Shown here: one piece after another, positions 1-13,769 of the stretch
Layout of the letters: the number at the start of each line of letters is the position of its first letter
How positions within the stretch are numbered: position 1 is the first letter of the stretch
Assembly (NCBI GenBank): GCA_051362555.1
Contig: CM120646.1
Location: 9,424,001-9,488,000, forward strand
Length of the DNA stretch: 64,000 bases
Direction: 5' to 3'
Source of the DNA: Lingula anatina
Lineage: Eukaryota; Animalia; Brachiopoda
Made by a program: the position numbers and the translations under genes
The notes under the pieces: generated by a model
What the model saw: the letters and a program-made list of their open reading frames with translations, nothing else
Told to the model about the DNA's origin: nothing
Databases searched by the model: none

Positions 1-2302
1 ATAACCAATAAATGTTACAATTTTTTTGGTTGAACTTTGCTTGGTTTGGTGCATGCAAGCTCGTTCTGTCACATGTATAATGTTACCGATACGGACTGTC
101 ACCAGCACCTATTACTGGCGACGGATGTTTCTTCTGTGTTTTTTTTTCGAATTTATATCAGAATATTTTATTTATCGCAATAAAGGAAATGTCTGGCATA
201 TATTTATATAGCAAATACTCTTATATGACATTATCCATACAACTTATTCGATCCAGACTTAGTTCACGTGTATCTTGATGGAATGATTTAAGCAAGCAGT
301 TTTTTAAGAACTTTATTTTAAATTGCAATTTTCAAAGAACTTTATTTTAAATTAATAGTTTTATATTCCCGTTCTTCTGCTGAAACGAGCAGATTTCTTA
401 TTGTTTCATGAATAAAATAATAAATAAAAATCCCTTCTTCATGCAATGTTCTTCGTTTGATAATTATCCTTGTTGAACAGTGAACGAAAATAAAGGCAGT
501 CTCAAGAAATATGTTGATGGAGAGATAGGAAGATGGCGATCTTATCGGAGCTCTCAATTTACCTGTACGTTGCAGTAATTAAACTGTTAGCTTACGTGGC
601 AGCTCTGATTCAAAGTGTCACCTGAAAATCTTTTGTCCGACTTAAACTTTCAAGATGTGCCAAGTTTGATTTCAATCACGATCCCTGCGGCAACTGCCGA
701 TACGAAACCAGTACCTGACAACAGTGAAATTATCATCCCAAGAGGAAATCTAAAGCACGGAGCTGTCTGCAAGCCAGCTGTCCAAAGTTGGTAAGTTAAT
801 AGTGCAGTTTCAAAATATACGAAACCCTACACCCTGGAATTGATCACAGCATTAAGGAATGTGCTTTTGTGCGACTACATGTAGCCCTATTTCTACAATT
901 ATTATAATCATTGAATAATAAGACATTTCCCACCATCAATTAACTCAAACATTACAGAAAGAGATTCCGTTAAGATGTATGTTGTTGTTGTGATCTGTAA
1001 GTTTGATGTTCATTACATAGGATTGGACGTTGCTTTTACAGGTAAAAAAAAAAACCCACAATACTCTTAAAATTAGACTGCGCTAAATAGGGTATCGACT
1101 AGTTAGCAAACTAAAATCAAGGATGGAGGGATGTGCTACAGAAACGGCATAATTACGGATTACTATTAGCACCTCTTTACTATCTAGAATTGTTCACCAT
1201 ACTGACTCTTGTCAAAGCCGTCACAGGCTCTAAATATTGTAATACAATAGATGTAGCGTTTAACTCCCCCCTCACCCCCACCGATAATGACTGGCCTGTA
1301 ATTGTGCGCTTAACAAAGGTAGTGTTACAGTGATATTCACACCTTAAGCCTCTGGCGATAGTCAAGCAAGCAGAACAAGATATAAAACCTCCTTCACTAT
1401 AAACTGAGCCACACAACATTGGTCAAATTCCTGCTTAAATCAAGACGGCTATTCCAGCCCACTTTCCCGCCATTTTGCATTAATTTGACACATGTAGTCG
1501 TACGTGTAGCGTAAAATGTCAACGAAGTACTGATTGGCTTAAAAACCGGAAGCTAGAGGAAATGAACCAAGCGTTTACCTTGGCACAAATGGCCTTCGTT
1601 AAATTTGTACGCAGTTGTGTGACGTGAAAGTGCCGTGAAACTTATTACGAGTTTTCGCATTTATGTTACTCCAATTGAACAGTATGATTAGTCGGACGTC
1701 GGTGAAAAAAAGGGAAATTATTTTGGGTTTAAATGTTATTTATTATTTATTTATTTATTTTTTTTTTTTTTGGACATTTTAAAGTCGGCTCACTGACTCA
1801 CTTAGTCAAAGTTATGCCTGGGTTGCATCACAGTTAGCGGGAAACTGGACCTGCAGTATTATAGACCACAACAGTGACGTATCATCAACTCGTTGACAAA
1901 GGTATCATTTACAAGAAATCAGTAAATCAATGTGAATAACTCTTAAACATCCCATTCTAACCAGAGCAAAGGGTCGCGTCGCAGCGTAACACAGGACGAT
2001 TTAATAACCCACAATTAAGCGAGATCATATATCACGCCTGTTTTCACACATGATTGTGTGTTGCCGAAAGGCGAGAAACACCCCGCCGTCACCCTATTTG
2101 CGTAAGCCCACCCCTTCTTACTCATCGCTGCATGTGTGTAAGATGTACGTAAGATGTGAGTAAGATATACGTAAGTCGGCATTGTCCTTTAGCCTACGGA
2201 TTTTCACACAATTCTTTTGTCCTCTTAAGGGGCGTACGTAAGACAAGTTAATCGTTTTTGAAGTAAGCATATCCGTAATGGCATCTTCTCTGCACAAAAC
2301 TG

Positions 2303-2569
2303 TATAAAGCCACAACCTGAATATGGGGGACGTACATGAAAGGAAAACCGCCTAATCTTTTAATAGTCTCTCCGCCTCTCACACGCCTCCCTATGCGTTG
2401 TCCCTGCAGGGTACAGTCATGAAATCTCTGCTCCATTGGGACGACTAATGGGGAAGTGTGTGAGAGGCGGAGACAATTAAAAGATTAGGCGGTTTTCCTT
2501 TCATGTACGTCCTCCATATTTAGGTTGTGGCTTTGTAGAGCCATGGCTCAACTCGTTGTGAATGCAGCC
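2303..2569. mobile_element. Left-truncated palindromic MITE (PIF/Harbinger-like), same family and same satellite site as 27655-27953
   Basis: Internal inverted arms GTACATGAAAGGAAAACCGCCTAATCTTTTAAT / ATTAAAAGATTAGGCGGTTTTCCTTTCATGTAC; right end TGTGAATGCAGCC followed by TTA; right flank matches the flank at 27954. Confidence 0.8.
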
Positions 2570-4847
2570 TTAGTGGTTGAAGTGGGAAGGGGCTGAGAAA
2601 TAAATCTCTATATAGAAAATATTTCATGCGTACGTTCTGATGCCTGTGCGCTGCCTGTTGTGACGCTTAAATTTATGTGTCTCTATGTATTCTGATCACT
2701 ATGCATGTTTGTTTTGTCACTGTATGTGTTTATATATATTTTGATCACTGTGATGCATCTATGTTGTAACTGCTGTATATGTCTGCATATATTCTTTATT
2801 GATGATGTATTTTCTGATTTCTGCAGAGATGAAGGTGTGTCTCTGATTATCATCATTCTGAGGACAGCTAAACTCGTCATCACATCAAGATGTACAATGC
2901 CACAGCTTCAGCACAGGTCAGTACAACAATGATATTGCTAAACTTTGTTCTTCTCTTTATCCTTTTTGACCCTGACCAGTTTTTATAGTTTCTTGAAAAT
3001 TTTCATTTTGTAATAAGGTCACTGATGGACCATTCCAACAGATATTGGGATCGATCTATCTCCCTAGGGAGTCTGACTAAATTGCTATCAACTTAACTGG
3101 CTTAAATGTCTGTCACACATGGTAAAGCTGTTAGGTGGTAATTATCTTTACCCCCTAGCTAGTTTCCTAGGGAGTTAGACCAATCCAGATGGATCGATCT
3201 AGGCTTGGAAACCCAGTCTTAGATCTCACTCAGTTTTACATGTCTTCAAATTCACAAGGGTTGATATGAACTTTTAGGGTTTAGGGTAGGGTTGTGATGA
3301 GAAAATTATGTATATAGATGAAATATCCTGCATACATTCTGATGCCTATGTGCTTCCTGTTGTGATACTTTGTATCTGTATATATTCTGATCACTATCTA
3401 TGTTTGTTTTGTAACTTTATGTGTATATATTTTTTTCATCATTGTGTTATATCTGTGCTGTAACTACTGTATGTGTCTGCATATATTCTTTACTGACCAT
3501 GGGTTCTCTGATTTCAGGGGAGATGAAGGTATGTCTCCTGGATTATCATCACACTGAGGACAGGTAATTTCTCATCATCACTAGCAAGATCTACAACATC
3601 GCAACCTTAGCACAGGTCAGTGCAACGATAACATTGCTATACTGGTGTTTTCATCAATCTGTTTTTGACCATTACCTCTATATTTAGTAGCTGTGACACA
3701 GCTGTAATTATCATTTTGTAAAAGAGCCACTTAGAGCTCAATAATTTTTATATATGTTCAAATCGGTATATTCTGATGCATGTGCACTGCTTGTTGTGAC
3801 ACTGTTGGTGTCTGTGCATATTCTGATTGCTATCTTTGTTTGTTTTGTTGCTTTATGTTTTTTTTCATTTTAATTGCCGCAATATGTTTTTGTTGTAACT
3901 AATGAATGTCTGCATATATTCTTTATTGATGATTTGTTCTCTGATTTCAGCAGAGATGAAGGTGTATCTCTGATTATCATCATACTGAGGACAGCTAATT
4001 TATGAACTCATCATTGCCAGCAAGATCTACAACGTCGCAGCCTCAGCACAGGTTAGTGCAACAATAATATTGCTATACTTTGTTGTTTTCTTTAATCCCC
4101 TTTTAACCCTCACCACTGTATTTAGTAGCTGTGTAATTATGATTTTGTAAAAGGGCCACTTAGATCGCACAGAGTTTTATATATGTTCTAATTGACAAGG
4201 GTTGATGTGAACTTGTAGTTGTTGAGGTGGGATGGGGCTGAGAAAAAAGTCTCTGTATGTCTCTATATATTCTGATCAGTATACATGTTTGTTTTGTCGC
4301 TGTATGTGTTCATATATATTTTGATCACTGTGGTGCATCTATGTTGTAACTGCTGTATATGTCTGCATATATTCTTTATTGATGATGTGTTCTCTGATTT
4401 CAACAGAGATGAAGGTGTATCTCTGATTATCATCATACTGAAGACAGCTAAACTCGTCATCACATCAAGATGTACAATCTTGCAGTCTCAGCAGAGGTCA
4501 GTGCAACAATGATATTGCTATACTTTTTATAGTTCCTTTAAAATTTGTAGAAAGGTCACTTCGGGACCATTCCAACTGATATTTGGATCAATCTATCTCC
4601 CTGGGGAGTCTGACTAAATTGCTATCAACTTAACCAGCTTAAATGTCTGTCACACCTAGTAAAGCTGTTAGGTGGTAATTATCTTTAACCCCCTAGCTTA
4701 TTTGATAGACGTGACTATCAATCTAGCCGCTTAAGTTGATTGCAATTTAATGATACTCCCTAGGGAGTTAGACTGATCCAGATGGATCGATCTAGGCATG
4801 GGAACCCAGTCTTAGGTCACATTCAGTTTTATATATCTTCAAATTAA
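2570..4847. repeat. Satellite/tandem repeat, ~430-450 bp monomer (~700 bp when carrying an old MITE)
   Basis: Marker GAGATGAAGGT...GATTATCATCA.ACTGAGGACAG recurs near 2826, 3520, 3953 and 4407. Confidence 0.85.
4563..4811. mobile_element. Old ~250 bp palindromic MITE fixed in some satellite monomers (also ~3026-3218, 7401-7648, 26241-26486, 38449-38696)
   Basis: GGGACCATTCC...GATCGATCTA...GGGAACCCAGTC+TTA; monomers lacking it read CACTTAGATCGCAC (~4158, ~27595), implying a TTA/TWA target duplication. Confidence 0.7.
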
Positions 4848-5392
4848 CCTTTTTCATCTTTTCCGGAAATGAAAAATACATTGTGGGAAAGTGAGTCCTT
4901 GCTATATCGAAACACTTACAGCGCTGCTAAAAACCATGGCTGGGTTTACGTGCTTTTTTTCCTGCTGCTACAGTAATAGTAAGCGAGATGGACACATGAG
5001 GTTTAATAAGTTCTGAACAAACCCGTTAAAATGAAAAATATGGTAGAAAGAAATGAAAATATAGCAGGTTTGGATCAAAAGCAGGGCACCTCGTTTCGAA
5101 GCAGGAAGAAAAACTATAATTCATGTGTATTAGGTGATCATAGGTGCTTTAATAAAAAACAGAAATGCTTGGTTAATCAACAGATATAAAGAACTATCGA
5201 AAATAGAACTTGGGGGTAAACAATGCGAGAAAAAAACATAAGGATCTGAAGAAAAAATTGAAGAATAGGGGCCTAAAAAGAAAGAAAAGACTTAAAGCAT
5301 GAGATTATGGAAAAAGAAACTAAAAGCTGTTTTAGTCTCTCATAACCCTTAGTAGGGTGGGTTCTATTTTTTTAATGTGAGACGTTAATAAA

Positions 5393-5436
<44 letters not shown>

Positions 5437-6855
5437 GTATCCAGTCCCGTATTACTGATTTGTACAAATGGGGCTCATATTATCAAGATCAACAGAGACA
5501 AAGAAGAAAGTACATCGGCCTTTGTTGAACATGTTCCCGGCAAAATAAAAAGTTATTTATTTTTTAACTCAATGACAAGAGAATTGGAAAATTCAATGGA
5601 CATATATTGTTAATTACCAAAAATGCAGAAAAGCCTTTCTGTAAGCTACACATGCATAATACATGTATGGTAAAGACAAAATGGATACGTAATAAAAATA
5701 ATCTTACAACGTATTTGTAAAGTAATACAAATATGCTTAGTACTTAGGCCTACGTATTTTTAACTGTCTTAGATACGTTGTAAAGTATGAAATGTGTGGA
5801 AAACACTTTATTTGAATGATTTTATTGTCTATGATTAAAAACGATGAAAATATGCATGAAAACATTTAAAAATCAAATAATTTGGCCTCTTGCTATAATT
5901 TTGTTTTGGTCTGACGGTTTTGTTTCAGTTTGACAAAATTTTCATACTTGTCAAACCAAAAGGCTGACATTTTTACCTGTCGTAAATTTTGTATATATGC
6001 TAGTGTAAGACACGGTAAACTGTAATTATTGTCTGGAAAGGAGTTGAGAATTCCTGTCTCACCTATTTAACACTTAAAATTAGAAAGTTTTAATTACAGA
6101 GGAAAGGTCGTAGTTTTGGCCGCCCCCCCTTACCGAACAATTAAACAAGTAACACCTGATGCCTTATCAGGTACCAAATGATTTAATCAGTTCACCGACA
6201 AACAATCTGTGTGTCAGTTTTACCAGTATACACAGTTGGTACAAGTCAAGCAATGCAGGGAATCTTTTCATTTTATTATTTCAAAAATCTCTTAAGACAT
6301 CCGTCAAACAAGACAAAAATCTTAATGAATTGATACTGCCGGTAAATGAGGTGATATCGCCACAGCTTGCATATATACATGTACTATTGTGAAGATGTAG
6401 GCCTACGCACCTGTCCACACTCTAGAAAGCTGTGTACCAGTCTACTGGCTATTTTTATGTTATAAAAAAATAACGTCTTTTTCGCACATCTTTATTATCG
6501 GAAGCATTAAAAAGAACTCTGAAGCTTTATAGTTCGTCATCACTATTGGCTAGGACGCTTAGGTAAGGTCTAGTTGTACAGCGCATTGTATTTAAACTGA
6601 AAAATAAAACATTTAATTGCTTGATTCTCCAACCAAATAGCTGTTTTGCCTACAGTTGACGCATTTCTGTGCTTCAGCCACCTTTTTAGTTTGACACAAA
6701 GCAGTGCACGCTTCAAACGGCCTTTTTATATGTGCACCTTGTACATCATCTACACCTAGCATTGTCATGCTAGAAACAGCAGAGGACTACAGTGACCTCT
6801 GTGGCGGGCAGTTCCTGTCAAGCGCACTTCTTATTTCCGCAAAAGATGAAAAGGG
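4848..6855. mobile_element. Non-autonomous piggyBac-like DNA transposon
   Basis: TTAA|CCTTTTTCATCTTTTCCGGAAAT ... ATTTCCGCAAAAGATGAAAAGGG|TTAA: ~23 bp TIRs, TTAA both sides, satellite resumes after it; no transposase ORF. Confidence 0.8.
5393..5435. repeat. (ATT)n microsatellite
   Basis: Perfect ATT run. Confidence 0.95.
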
Positions 6856-6859
6856 TTAA

Positions 6860-8449
6860 TTGACAAGGGTTTATATGAACTTGTAGCGTTTGGGGGAGGG
6901 ATGGCACTGAGAAATAATCTGTATATAGATGGAATTTTCTGCATACATTCTGATGCCTGTGCACTGCCTGTTGTGACACTGTTTGTGTCTGTATATATTC
7001 TGATCACTATCTATGTTTGTTTTGTAGCTTTGTGTTGATATTTGTTTTGATCACTGTAATGTCTGTGTTGTAATTAAAGAATATCTGCATATATTCTTTA
7101 TTGATAATATGTTCTCTTATTTTAGCAGAGATGAAGGTATGTCTCCTGGATTATCATTACACTGAGGACAGCTAATTTTGTAAACTCATCATCACCAGCA
7201 AGAAGGTTTTTCTCCTTGAATATCATCATACTGAGAACAGTTAAATTTATCATCACATCAAGATCTACAACTTTGCAGCCCCACCACAGGTCAGTGCAAC
7301 AATGATATTGCAATACTTTGTTGTTCTCTTCAATCCACTTTTGACCCTCACCACTTTATATAGTTCCTGGGGAATTGTCATTTTGTAAAATGATCACACA
7401 GGGACCATTCCAACAGATATTTGGATCGATCTATCTCCCTGGGATGTCTGACAAATTTGCTATCAACTGGACCGGCTTAAATGTCTGTCGCGCTTATTAA
7501 AGCTGTATGTGGGCAATTGTCTTTACCCCCTAGCTGATTCGATAGGCGTGACAGACAATTAAGCCAATTAAGATGATAGCAATCTAGTAAGACTCCCTGG
7601 GGATTTAGACCAATCCAGATGGATTGATCAAGGCTTGAGAAACCAGTCTTAGATCCCACTCAGTTTTATATATGTTCAAATTGATAAGGGTTGATATGAA
7701 CTTGTAGGGGTTGGGGTGGGAAGGAACTGAGAAAAAATCTCCTGAAAATCATAATAGGGTCCCTTAGATCCCACTGAGTGAAAAGAGTCAATGTGAACTC
7801 TTGGGGGAGAGCAGATATTTATGATAGTCATTCTAATCCTTATTTAAACATCAAGTTGTATGTTTATATTCTGATGCCTCATGATGCATTGTCTTTTGTG
7901 ATGCTGTATGTGTCTGTATATATTCTGATCATGTTTGTTTTGTCACTGTATGTTTTTATATTTATATTGATTGCTGTGATATGTGTGTTGTAACTACTTT
8001 ATGTGTCTGCCTATATTCTTTATTGATGTTTTCCATACAAATGTGCTTACTCCAGCTAGTGGTATAATATCCAGAGGTGGTATCGCCTCTCTGATCCTCT
8101 AGTTTTCTGTACCTCCTAGGTAATTTGATAGGCATGACTATCAGTTTAGCCGGATAAGTTGATAGCAATCTAATGAGACTCCCTTTGGAGTTAGACTGAT
8201 CCAGATGGATCGATCTAGGCATGGGAACCCAGTCTTGGATCCCACGGTAGAACTCAATCAGTTTTATATATGTTTAAATTGACAAGGGTTGATATGAATT
8301 CGTAGGGGTTGGGGTGGGATGATGCTGAGAAAAAATCGGTATATTCTGATGCGTGTGCACTGCTTGTTGTGACACTGTTGGTGTCTGTATATATTCTGAT
8401 TGCTATCTTTGTTTTGTCGCTTTATGTTTATATTTATTTTGATCACCAT
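6860..8449. repeat. Satellite block (same family as 2570-4847); resumes at 10207-10250
   Basis: Same monomer motifs (GACAAGGGTTGATATGAACT, GAGATGAAGGT near 7128). Confidence 0.8.
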
Positions 8450-10206
8450 CACTAGTGGGCCTGATTTGATCTTAAAGTGCAATTTCAGTCCAACACTAGA
8501 CTGAACCGGTCTTAAAAATTAAGGAGGGACTCTTAATTTAGTCTTAAGACTAAAAACAAACTTAAACTGCAGTGAGTAAGACTATAATTGGTCTAAATTC
8601 AACTGAAGTGGCAAAGCAATTATCTCCCCACACACATTCAGATCAAACTTGGACTTACTCTCCAGCCAGACAGGTGAAGGTAGCAATCAAGTAGAGGGCC
8701 ATTGTGTGAGTAGCAAAGGGTGGTCTCTTGGCAAGTAAGTGCTAATTGCCTAATTGATAAGGGTGATTCAGATACTGTCTCAGATAATTTCTAAAGCAAG
8801 GAAAGACTTGGTTGTGGAAGTACTAGTGCAGCATACTTTTAAAATTGTTTTGAAGGAAGTCTTCCTTTCTTTGTTTTCTCTTTCTTTGATTTTGATTTAT
8901 ATCTAAAGGGTGAATCAGATACTATCTCAGATAATTTCTAAAGCAGGGAAAATGTAGCATACATTTAACAATTTTTCTTTATTAAAAGGTTTTGACATTA
9001 AGTATTTGTTATTGTCCCAAGAAATGTGAATGCAAAGCAGTGAAAAACAAGGTACAGTTATTTTAATTGTAAAGCAAGTTTCCTTTTATTTGTACCAAAT
9101 AATCATATACAATTCACAAAAAAAAAATTGAAAATACAAAATTACTTTTTTACTTTTAAAACATGGTAACACTTTAATTACAGGCACATCAGTTTTCACA
9201 ATTATAAATTAAATCGTATCAATTTCACATTTATCTTGATCCTTAAATTCTTATGATATGGCAAGTTCCCTGCTGTATAATTTCCTTGATGCGTCTGTCC
9301 TAAAAAATCTCTTTTAAAATGTCCAAAGTTCTGTCCATCTCTTCCTTGGAAATGTAATTTTTGTTACGAAAACATGATACTACTGAGTTGATGTGGCACT
9401 TGCCCAAATAGTCCATTCCTTCGATTAACCACTCAGTGAGGACTTGCCCTCTTTTCTTCAGATATTTCACACTCACTTGATCATTGTCCACCCTTATGAC
9501 TTCTGCGGCATCAAATGACTTGGGTCCAAGACCAATCGCAACTACATCACCAAGGGCAAAGAGAGAAAGAAAAAAGAAAGACTTCCTTCAAAGGCAAAAA
9601 TCAAGAAATACATGTATATTGTTTTGAATATGAAATTCTAACATTAAATTCCTGCGGTATATTGTGATTTTAAATAAAATTAAAACTGTACATTTTTATG
9701 TTAGATTGAAGTGAATTTTCAATTGTTTGTGACAAATAAAAGGCCATGTCTAATTTAAAAATAAATGTACCTTGTTTGTTAATGCTATATTCCTAAGCTC
9801 TCCTGTCAAAACATTAAAAGTATGCTGCACTAGTACTTCCACAACCAAGTCTTTCCTTGCTTTAGAAATTATCTGAGACAGTATCTGAATCACCCTTATC
9901 AATTAGGCAATTAGCACTTACTTGCCAAGAGACCACCCTTTGCTACTCACACAATGGCCCTCTACTTGACTGCTACCTTCACCTGTCTGGCTGGAGAGTA
10001 AGTCTAAGTTTGATCTGAATGTGTGTGGGGAGATAATTGCTTTGCCACTTCAGTTGAATTTAGACCAATTATAGTCTTACTCACTGCAATTTAAGTTTGT
10101 TTTTAGTCTTAAGACTAAATTAAGAGTCCCTCCTTAATTTTTAAGACCGGTTCAGTCTAGTGTTGGACTGAAATTGCACTTTAAGATCAAATCAGGCCCA
10201 CTAGTG
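8450..10206. mobile_element. CACTA(EnSpm)-like foldback element with ~390 bp near-perfect TIRs
   Basis: Ends CACTAGTGGGCCTGATTTGATC / GATCAAATCAGGCCCACTAGTG; 8450-~8842 is the reverse complement of ~9814-10206; 3 bp TSD CAT. Confidence 0.88.
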
Positions 10207-11282
10207 CATGATATGTCTGTGTTGTAACTAATGAATGTCTGCATATATTTGTACCACCAGCATAGGCGGTGGCAGTACACATGGTTTTAGTCCCGTTCCG
10301 CCGGCCCCACCACCATGTTACCATTACTTCTTCTCCTCCTAGACTACAAGGACCTGCATACCCATCTCTTGGATTTAGGTCACTTATAATCTCAACTCCA
10401 TCCACATAAAAATTGGGCATAGTCGATGATGGGGTCTAGGTGTGGCGCTCATCGCAATGAACCCTTGTCCAAAATTGGCAAAATTAAATGCTAATTATCT
10501 ACAATACAGAAGGAATTATTGGAAAAAATTCTATAGATGGCTGACCTAAAATCATATGGGGAGATTTCAAATATGCCCTTGGATTTGACCTTTGAGGTGA
10601 AATGGGCCAAAATTAAAAAAAGGGAATTTTTCATGAAAAAATATTATTGGCAGGTATGTGTTACCTTCGCCCTGTGATATAAATGAACAAATGTCACAGA
10701 CCATAACAAAATAAACTCTATTATAGTGTTTTTATGACATATGATTCACACATATTTAGTAATGAAACAGTAATGAATTTTATGGAGAGCATATAATGCT
10801 TCCAGCGCCTTGCCTCCATTTCTTTCTTTTGAATAAACGCTGTTAAAAAAAAAAAAATGAAACACTACAGTTTTGTCCACTGCAGTTTCAACAGATCACC
10901 TGCTACAACCCAGCAGATGTGTTATACGCTGATGTTTACTTTAATTTAGAAATGAATTGTTTTTAAGACAAAGAAGTTCATTAACCATTTTACAACTCAG
11001 TCTTTGTAACAGTTTGTTGTAATAGATATTAAAGCAAGTTAATTTTTGTACTCCGCTTTTCAGTGTTTGTCGTGGTGGTTTTATCAGTGATATCTCAGGT
11101 TGAGGTTCTAATCACGTCGCTAGCCTAATTCCATACATTACAGGATATATTTAAATATAAGCATACAGGCCCATAGCCATCAGTTTCAGAGGGGGGGTTT
11201 GTTTTCTGAAAAAGCGGACCTTTTACCATAAAATCCCCAAGTACATAGATCGAATTTTACCCAGAGTGAACCTTTTCCCAGC

Positions 11283-13294
11283 AAATTAAATAAGTTTCTT
11301 CAATATCATCATTTCAAGATGGAAAATTTTGAAAATGCACTGCATATTGTTTTACAAAATATGTATTTTTGCTCTGTAAATATACGTATGGCATATTATT
11401 CAATACCTCTGGCAGTGGAACAACACATATATTTTTGTTTTAAATGGAAAGGACAAATATATCAGTACAGGGAGATGCCAAATGGGGTTGGCCCAGGTCA
11501 GCGCCTTTTTACCAAGTTAATGAAACCTGTGTATGCTAGGTTACGTAATGAAGGTTACATTAGCACCTCATACATTGATGATACTCTGTTAGGTGCTGAG
11601 ACTAGTGAACTTTGTATGAGAAATGCACATGCCACTATCAGTCTGCTATCCAGGCTAGGATTTATGATAAATTTTGAAAAAAGTATGCTCTTGCCATCGA
11701 GGAAGATTACTTACTTGGGGAATATAATTGACTCTGAAAAGATGTTGGTATATTTACCCAAAGAAAGAAAAAATAAAATACAGGATGCATGTGTAAAATT
11801 GCATTTTTGTCAATTTGAAACAATCAGATAAGTGGCTAAAGTTATTGGACTTTTAGTTGACTTTTTTTCAGCAGTTAAGTTAGGAAAACTTCATTACAGA
11901 GTACTGGAAAAGGCAAAAATAAATGCATTGAAACTAAATAAATGCAATTTTGATGCTAAGATGCATATTACAATTTATATGAAGTTGGAACTTCAGTGGT
12001 GGATAGAAAATATTGAAACACGGATATGAGTTATTCATAAAGAAAATCCCAAGCTTATTATACAGACTGACAGCAGTAAGCTTGGCTGGGGTGCAGTCAT
12101 GAATGACATTAAAATAGGTGGCAGATGGACTAAAACTGAGTCAAAAAGCCACATAAATGCCCTAGAATTACGTGCTGTTTTGTTTGCTCTGAAGTCCTTT
12201 TTGTCACAGATAGAGGGAAAATATATAAAGGTATTAACTGATTCCTCTACTGTAGTTGCATACATAAATAATTTTAGGGGGATTAAATCTCCAAGTTCTG
12301 ATGAACTCCACAAACAAATTTGGAATTGATGTATAGAACTATCTTGGTGAATATAACATTTTGTACTTCCCACTCAATGTTATCCTTAAATCTCTGTGAA
12401 CGCTTATCTGCTTCATTCTGGATACCTGGTATATGTGAACATTACGGTCAGCCTACAGTTGACTTATTTGCAACAAGAATAAACAAGAAAGTAGAAAGTT
12501 GCTCTTGGATACCAGATCCTGATGTCACATTTATTGATGCATTCAGTTTAAATTGGAAAAAATTTTGAACTTTGTTATGTTTTTTCTCCTTTCAGCCTTA
12601 TAACAAGGTGTCTGCAGAAAATAAAAACAGACAAAGCAAGACCTGTTATGGTGGTACCACTGTGGACAACATAAATATGGTGGCTAATGTTGATGCAAAT
12701 GCCAGTGAAAGCTCCTTTGATTTTACCACTGGTGGAAGAAACTCTGATGCTGCAGTTTTCAGAAAAAGTTCATCCTCTATCCAATCAAATGACTTTAATT
12801 GCATGCAAGTTGTCAGGAAGTCCTTTAGAGACGGTGGTTTTTCAGAAAAGTCAATCAACATTTTTATGGCATCATGGAGAGCTAAACTAAATGCCAGTAC
12901 AAGATACATTTATCAAAATGGTTTCAGTTCTGTTGCAAACGGAGTATTAATTCATTTTATGTTTCTGTGAATGATGTTATTGAGTTTTTTGACTGATCTG
13001 TAGAACAATGGCTTAGGATATAGTTCCTTGAATACAGCCAGGAGTGCCCTGTCATCACTTGGGGATTTATTGAAACAGAATACAGTAGGATCTCAATCAC
13101 AAGTTGTCCTTTATATGAAAGGTGTATTTAATCTACCCCCACCTTCAAGTGGATATATGTATGTTTGGGATTTTGATCAAGTTTTATGGTACTTTCACAA
13201 ATTGTCACCTGTACGTAATATTAGTCTGAAAGACTTGACTTTGAAACTTACAATGCTTATTGCATTAGTAAATGCTGCCAGGATTCAGACTTGA
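11283..13294 (+). pseudogene. DIRS-type retroelement relic: RT, RNase H, adenine methyltransferase-like domain, start of tyrosine recombinase; many stops and frameshifts
   Basis: KLNKFLQYHHFKME, MPNG..PG.RLFTKLMKP, YIDD (RT); TDSS..GWG, HINALELRAV, DSSTVVAYIN (RNase H); VDLFATRIN, DAFSLNW (MTase); NTARSALS, LTLKLTML (YR). Confidence 0.9.
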
Positions 13295-13471
13295 AACAGT
13301 ACTGAAAGCTGTACTTAATTTGGATAAGCAAAGTTCTTAAGTCAGTTCATTTATAAACCACATGTGTTTGATAACCATTATAGTTTTCTTGTTGAATTCA
13401 TGTTTTATTTTTGCATGATTTGTGATTTGAAGTCTCATTTCATGACGAACCAATATAATTGTTTGATATAG

Positions 13472-13768
13472 AATTAAAAAATTAAACGAAACTTACCTGT
13501 AAGTTGATGTTTGATTGTAATTCTATGAGACAATTATAGGTGAGGAGATGAAATGCCTACCTAATAACATAATTTATGATAATCATGATGCAGATTATTA
13601 TAGGAAAATGAAGTTTGATAATAAACTTCTGAAGAAATCATGCAAAAATGCTTCAAAACCTGAAGCGCATGTGCACCATGCATTCTCATTTCATCTCCTC
13701 ACCTATAATTGTCTCAAAGAATTACAATCAAACATCAACTTACGGGTAAGTTGGTTTAATTTTTGAAT
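13472..13768. repeat. DIRS 3' terminal structure (internal complementary region plus right ITR and extension)
   Basis: 13472-13555 is the near-perfect reverse complement of 13687-13768 and lies just downstream of the DIRS coding relic. Confidence 0.75.
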
Positions 13769-13769
13769 T

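Noticed and set aside
2683-4512. Recurrent hydrophobic Cys-rich ORFs (MFVLSLYVFI...), also at 25952, 27244 and 32879
   Set aside because: Chance translations of the satellite; frames break between monomers
13491-13499. ACTTACCTG as a U1 snRNA gene (also near 21549)
   Set aside because: No further U1 sequence follows; it is part of the DIRS terminal structure
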